Part shown: piece after piece, positions 58,047 through 64,000 of the stretch | How the letters are laid out: each line of letters opens with the position of its first letter | Position numbering within the stretch: the stretch's first letter is position 1 | From: Macrostomum lignano | Lineage: Eukaryota | Length of the DNA stretch: 64,000 nucleotides | Direction of reading: 5' to 3' | NCBI GenBank assembly: GCA_002269645.1 | Contig: NIVC01000915.1 | Coordinates: forward strand, 56,951-120,950 | The notes under the pieces: model-generated | The model's database searches: none | What the model was told of the DNA's origin: nothing | What the model saw: the letters and a program-made list of their open reading frames with translations, nothing else | Translations under genes and position numbers: made by a program

Positions 58047-58399
58047 GGCAGGCCAATTCGAGTGCAGAACTGAAAATTCAACAAAAGATTTTTCGAGTCT
58101 TTGATGTCACTCACGATCCCCGGCGTCTTTTGCTCCTCTTTTATCCCATCATGATGAGAGTGAACATCTGCCAGCCAGGACTCAATCCCCGCCTCCCTCC
58201 CAGATTCCCGAATAGCAACGTGTCCCAGTCTGCCTTGCAGTCTGCGGCTGAGTCACTGAGCTGCTCTGAGCAATCTTCGATTAGCTCTCTCTACTCATTC
58301 TCTTGCTTATCTCTTTTATCTCATCCTGCAGGTTCCTGTGATTGATTTGATCTAATCTACCACTATGTATGACTTCTAATCTCACCTGCCAATTTTAAT

Positions 58400-58932
58400 T
58401 TTTACTCTCCACCACAAAATCTCTAGTTGAAGTCTCTCATCTCTACTTGTGATATCTAATCTCTACCTGTAGTCTCTAAGCTCTACTTGTGATCTCTAAT
58501 CTCTGCTTGTAATCTCTCATCTCTACACTTGTAATCTCTAATCTCTACTTGTAATCTTTAATCTCTACTTGTAAACTCTAATCTCTACTTGTGATCTCTA
58601 ATCTCTACCTGTAGCCTCTAAGCTCTACTTGTGATCTCTAATCTCTAATTGTAATCTCTAATCTCTACTTGTAATCTTTAACCTCTACTTGTGATCTCTA
58701 ATTTCTACTTGTGAACTCTAATCTCTACTTGTGATCTCTAATCTCTACTTGTGATCTCTAATCTCTACTTGCGATCTCTAATCTCTACTTTGAGTCTCTA
58801 ATCTCTACTTGTGAACTCTAATCTCTACTTGTGATCTCTAATCTCTACTTGTGATCTCTAATCTCTACTTGCGATCTCTAATCTCTACTTGTAGTCTCTA
58901 ATCTCTACTTGTGATCTCTAATCTCTACTTGT
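58400..58932. repeat. 20-bp minisatellite (CTCTAATCTCTACTTGTGAT)
   Basis: About 26 degenerate copies. Confidence 0.9.
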
Positions 58933-60004
58933 CACAAAGTCACAAATCTCACATGCGATTTCTAATCTCCACCTGCAATCTCTAATGCCTTGTTGAATCT
59001 CTTAGCCGCCTCATCTGCACGCCCCTGCCTCTTCCCTTCAGAATCAACTGATTTCCTTGCATCTCAGCAGAACAGCAGATCAACCCTCCACTGAGTCTCC
59101 AATTAATTTTCAAATTTCAAACCATTGCCAAGCTGCAACCTGCAATTCTCCATCCTGTCCCAAAAGTCTTTGAAGTTTAATCCCCAGCTCCGGCCCCTTC
59201 CTTCCTATTCGTTTCCCAAGCCCACCCGGTTCAAAGCGAATATTTACAGCAAATCGACAACAGGTGTTCAAGGCCGCCCCAATCCCCAGCAAGATGATTA
59301 AAGTAAGGAAATAATTCGTTTTCACTCAAATAAAGAAGACAGAGAAGCAAATAGCGGAAATCGCGGCAAAAAGCAAAAACAGAAGGAAAAGCGGGGAAAA
59401 TCCTTCACTGAAAGCAAAGTGCTTTTTGAGGACACGGGGGCTGGCAGGCCGCGGAGATGACAGAGGAATCGAGGGGGGCTCTGGGTGTGGCGCTGAGATC
59501 GACGGGGACCCCCTGTGCTCCTTTTTCTTTTGCTTTGGCCAGCAACGGAGGGCTGGCGAAAGCAGCAATTATTTTGTGTTGCCATTTGAAATGGCGGGGG
59601 GCGGCTGGGGCCAACTATAGGCGGGGCCCGAGCCGTGACATCCGACCTGGGCCACCTGTGACTGACTGCTTTTGCCCCCGGCTGCAAATTGGAAAATGAT
59701 TACCTTGCTTTCTAGTATTGCTCAGGCCTGGAATGCTCAAACCGTGCTCAGCTGTCACGGGCTGGATTCGACATTCGGATAAACTTGCTCTACAGACTTG
59801 CTCTGCAGAATGCATTGATATAGAGGCCCACATGAGAAAACTAAACTACTAAAATAACTATCGATGCTACTTATTAGTAGAATGACTGCATCCGAAAGTT
59901 CGAAGTATATTTATTATTACGGTCAGAAGATCGCTCGGTTGAACTCAGAACCTGACGCGGGCAACTCGCTTAGTACTTCAGCAGCTGAAGCTGAATAGGG
60001 AGGA

Positions 60005-60320
60005 GGGAGTGAGGTGGGTGAGGAAGTGAGGTGGGTGGGAGAGTGAGGTGGGTGCGGGAGTGAGGTGGGTGAGGAAGTGAGGTGGGTGAGGAAGTGAGGT
60101 GGGTGGGAGAGTGAGGTGGGTAGGAAGTGAGGTGAGTGGGAGAGTGAGGTGGGTAGGAAGTGAGGTGGGTGGGAGAGTGAGGTGGGTGAGGAAGTGAGGT
60201 GGGTAGGAGAGTGAGGTGGGTGCGGGAGTGAGGGGGTGAGGAAGTGAGGTGGGTGAGGAAGTGAGGTGGGTGAGGAAGTGAGGTGGATGAGGGAGTGAGG
60301 TGGGCGCAGGAGTGAGGGGG
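60005..60320. repeat. 17-bp purine-rich minisatellite (GAGGTGGGTGAGGAAGT)
   Basis: Tandem copies downstream of the synaptotagmin-like stop. Confidence 0.88.
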
Positions 60321-60435
60321 CGCAGGATGGACAGGCAGGCAAAGCTTGCCTCTGATTGGCTAAGAAAGGGACAGAGAAGCTGCAGCTAAGTCTGAATCGG
60401 CGCGTACTCCAACAAACTCAACCCCAGCCCAGGTC

Positions 60436-63226
60436 TCATCGGCAGGCGTGGGCGAGCCAGACCCAGGAGTTCGGCCGCGCCACCGCCGCTGTCCAATGGC
60501 GCATCGCGGAGCTGCTGCTGGCCAAGGCAAAGTCACTGAGCAGAATCCGGCCGGCCGGCCGCAGGCAATCCCCGTTGCCAATGGCAACACAAATAGCTAC
60601 ACCAACCGACGCGGCCTGCATCCGGACATTGTCTATGGCCAGAACCGTGGCCGGCTGCGACCAGTCGAAGATGAAAGCTGATTGGCTGCCAGTCGGGCAG
60701 GCGGTCAGACAGGCGCCGGGCGATTGCGATTGGTCGCCCGGACTGAGGGCCACCAATGCGGTCACGTGACCAGGCAATGGGCCGGAGTGGTCCAGGTCGA
60801 ATACCTCAACCAGGCGGACGCTGATGCTGGACATGTGGGCGCCGGGGCTGTACAGCAGGCCCAGGTGCAGCCGGGGAGTCCGCGACGGGAGGGAAGTCGA
60901 CTGGGGTGACGAGAACTGCGGCGGGCGGAGCTGCTGGCACTGGGGAGGGCGGTTGGAAAAGTAAAGATATGGAAAGGGCTTGCCTCAGCTGCCTTCGATC
61001 CTCATTCCCCATTCAGCTCACCTGAATCCCCATTCATCTCACCTGAATCCCCATTCATCTCACCTGAATCCCCACTCATCTCACCTGAATCCCCATTCAT
61101 CTCACCTGAATCCCCATTCATCTCACCTGAATCCTCATTCATCTCACCTGAATCCCCATTCATCTCACCTGAATCCTCATTTATCTCACCTGAATCCTCA
61201 TTTATCTCACCTGAATCCTCATTTATCTCACCTGAATCCTCATTCATCTCATTTGAATCCTCATTCATCTCACCTGAATCCTCATTCATCTCACTTGAAT
61301 CCTCATTCATCTCACCTGAATCCTCATTCATCTCACCTGAATCCTCATTCATCTCACCTGAATCCTCATTCATCTCACCTGAATCCTCATTCATCTCACC
61401 TGAATCCTCATTCATCTCACCTGAATCTCCATTCATCTCACCTGAATCCTCATTTATCTCACCTGAATCCTCATTCATCTCACCTGAATCCTCATTCATC
61501 TCACCTGAATCCTCATTTATCTCACCTGAATCTCCATTCATCTCACCTGTCTCACATCGCCCGTCGTCGGCGTGAACTCGGCGCCGAACTCCATCCCCGG
61601 CTCGTTGACCAGATGCAGCGGCAGCTGGAACTCCCCAGCCGCAGGCGACTTCCCCCGCTGAGCTCGGCGGCCCAGGCCGACAGCCGCAGGCGCCGCTTGT
61701 GCGGCAGCTCAGCCGAGAGGCGGCCGCCACCCAGCCGCAGGCTGACCACGTAGTCGATGGCCTCCGTCTGCCAGGCCGCCCCCCCACCGCCGCTGCCTCC
61801 CTGCGGCCGCGCCGCCGACTCCTCAGGCCAGCCTCTATGCTCCATCGGTGGCAGCCGCCGGAGCAGCTGTCGTCAATGTCGATGTTCGCCCGCCAGCGGC
61901 CGGAGTCCAAACGGCTTGCTGCAATGATATTGAGAGTGATGCGCATTTTATAGACTACTTGCAGTAGAGAGTAATAAAATTCCTCTGCAATACTAATAGA
62001 ACAGTATAAAAGCATGCTGCAGACACCATTAGACCCCCCTTGCACCATCTCCTCAGTTCACACCCTCAAGTCTTTCAGTTCACACTTTTCCAAAGATCAG
62101 TTCACACCATCCCAATCCTCTGTTCACACCATCCAATTCTCAGTTCACACCCTCCCAATCCTCCATTCACACCCTCCCAATACTCAGTTCACACCCTCCC
62201 AATCCTACATTCACGCCATCACAATCCTCAGTCCGCACTCACAGCCGGGCAGGGTGGCGAACCCCAGCCGGAAGCCGCGCAAGTACACGATGCCCTCCGC
62301 CAGGTCGAGTTTCGTACAAAACCGCAGGTCCACCGACCTTCAACCGAAACCTTCTCGACCGCGTCTTCGCCTTGACCTTTGACCTGATCTCGACGGACAT
62401 CGTCGACGCAGTCGCTGACGAGATCCACCCGGTCCAGCCGGTCCGAGCTGGCGCTCTTCCTGGCGCCGCTTCTGTCGAGGCTGCAGCGCCGGTGGCAGGC
62501 GCGGATGCCGGCGCCAGCTCGTCGCTGATTGGCTGACCGATGTGCTGACCTTCTTCACCCAAGCCGACGAGGTGACGGCCACCGCAGTGATGACTGCGAT
62601 GAGGACTGCGACGCAGAGGAGGCCAGTGAGCACCAGCAGCTGGGCGCTGTTGCCATGGGCTCCTGGTGATGAGGCGGAGTCTGCTGCTGCTGACATTAGA
62701 GCGGCCTCGGCTGCCATGTGTGAACGGTAGTGTGACCGGTAGAGCGTGAACGGTAGAGCGTGAATGGTAGTGTGAATGGTTGAGTGTAAACGATAGTGTG
62801 TGAACGATAGTGTGTGAACGGTAGTGTATGAACAGTAGTGTGTGAACGGTAGTGTGTAAACGATAGTGTGTGAAAGATTGTGTGTGAACGATAGTGTGTG
62901 AACGGTAGTGTGTGAACGGTAATGTGAACAGTAATGTGTGAACGGTAATAATGTGTGAACGGTAATGTGTGAACAGTAATGTGTGAACGGTTGTGAACTG
63001 TATGTTAAAGGTAAACACAGTCAGTCTTTTTATATTAGTTTTTGAATCGTGCTAGAATGTCACTCTAACACGCCCGGCTATACTATAAGTAGGATAAACA
63101 GTCCCACATTTCATTACTATTTAGGATTATTTGACTATCAACATCGCCGCATTGAAGTGCTGCCCCGCACTCACCAGTGTTGTTACGGAGTCCCTCGTAT
63201 GCCGCAGTTGCGGAGGCGCTGGGCAT
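60436..63226 (-). CDS. Divergent synaptotagmin-like protein (N-terminal TM plus C2A and C2B) with multiple -1 frameshifts (assembly errors or pseudogene)
   Basis: Exons: possible 63226-63175, then 62710 (or ATG 62717) to 62243, 61918-61547 and 60939-60436. TM LLVLTGLLCVAVLIAVITAVAV. C2A: G(R)VDLRFCTKLDLAEGIVYL...RLRLSAW...LGEFQLPLHLV. C2B: RLHLGLLYSPG..SISVRLVEVFDL...SAFIFD. The C-terminus GRILL...AMRHWTAAVARPNSWVWLAH resembles the synaptotagmin GKVFV...LRHWSDMLANPRRPIAQWH tail. Confidence 0.68.
61010..61550. repeat. 21-bp minisatellite (TCATCTCACCTGAATCCTCAT) filling a synaptotagmin-like intron
   Basis: About 25 copies; each reads TTCAG|GTGAGAT on the gene strand. Confidence 0.93.
62715..62995. 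repeat. About 14-bp repeat (GTGTGAACGGTAGT)
   Basis: Degenerate tandem copies abutting the TM exon. Confidence 0.85.
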
Positions 63227-63644
63227 AGTCTATGTCCAAAAATCCATCGTTTCGTAGCTTTCAGTTGCCGCACCCGACCACCGCTGCAGAGCAGAATATG
63301 TTTTTACTAACTCGCTACACTTTGTTTCCCACTGTGCGTGGGCGGTTGCCGAGCGCCAAACTCGGGCCTAAATAGCGCTCGAGGCTGTCCTTATCTGAGC
63401 CCAGCGCAGACTCGAACTTCGCTGTGCAGGGTGGCATGCACTAAATTCCACACTAGCAGTGTCAGTATCGATTTTTTGGCAACTCGGCTAAATCGATAAA
63501 GTATGCTATTTTGCAGGAATTGTTTTAAGACTCATTTAGAAGTTCGAATATAGAATTGAACATGCTCTAGAAATAAAGTTCCCATAAAGTTATAAAGTTA
63601 TAATATTCTTCTACCATCTTTCGGACACTTTAGTTGTGTCACTC

Positions 63645-64000
63645 TCATTGTATCACTCTCATTGTGTCACTCTCATTGTGTCGCTCTCATTGTGTCACTC
63701 ATTGTGTCACTCTCATTGTGTCACTCTCATTGTGTCACTCTCATTGTGTCCCTCTCATTGTGTCACTCTTATTGTGTCACTCTCATTGTGTCACTCTCAT
63801 TGTGTCACTCTCATTGTTTCACTCTTATTGTGTCACTCTCATTGTGTCACTCTTTGTGTCACTCTCATTGTGTCACTCTCATTGTGTCACTCTCATTGTG
63901 TCACTCTCATTGTGTCACTCTCATTGTGTCACTCTCATTGGTGTCACTCTCATTGTGTCACTCTCATTGTGTCACTCTCATTGTGTCACTCTCATTGTGT
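63645..64000. repeat. 14-bp minisatellite (TGTGTCACTCTCAT), runs off the window
   Basis: Tandem copies to the end of the window. Confidence 0.92.

Noticed and set aside
62243-62330. EGF-like CTCAASGWGSPPC motif
   Set aside because: It lies in the wrong frame; the phase-1 frame (VDLRFCTKLDLAEGIVYL...) splices correctly to the next exon and fits C2A.
62525-62549. 25-nt GT-AG intron joining the TM frame to the downstream frame
   Set aside because: Implausibly short with weak signals; successive -1 deletions explain the frames equally well and match the pattern in the next exon.

Overview
Eukaryotic (metazoan) genomic DNA, not prokaryotic. It has GC3-rich exons separated by GT-AG introns and is densely filled with micro- and minisatellites; a lophotrochozoan, plausibly a free-living flatworm such as Macrostomum, is my inference. 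I assembled four spliced genes by hand: (1) a nicotinic-type pentameric ligand-gated ion channel subunit (minus, 1-2290, runs off the window) whose Cys-loop has lost its first Cys and which has an in-frame TGA; (2) a complete 8-exon secreted protein with two VWA domains and three copies of a 4-Cys repeat I cannot name (plus, 3178-7148); (3) a 7-EC protocadherin (minus, 28404 to about 12289); (4) a divergent synaptotagmin-like TM-C2-C2 gene with five -1 frameshifts (minus, 60436 to about 63226). Also present: an intact tRNA-Ile with the eukaryote-atypical GAT anticodon, an orphan terminal exon, a tRNA-derived CORE-type SINE, and a P-superfamily (THAP) DNA transposon with 34-bp TIRs, a 7-bp TSD and a C-terminally truncated transposase. 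About 30 tandem repeats occur, including a 5.4-kb two-variant 12-bp satellite and two arrays built from splice-site motifs. Most long ORFs in the supplied track are repeat artefacts. No CRISPR array or rRNA is present, and I found no clearly new multi-gene system.
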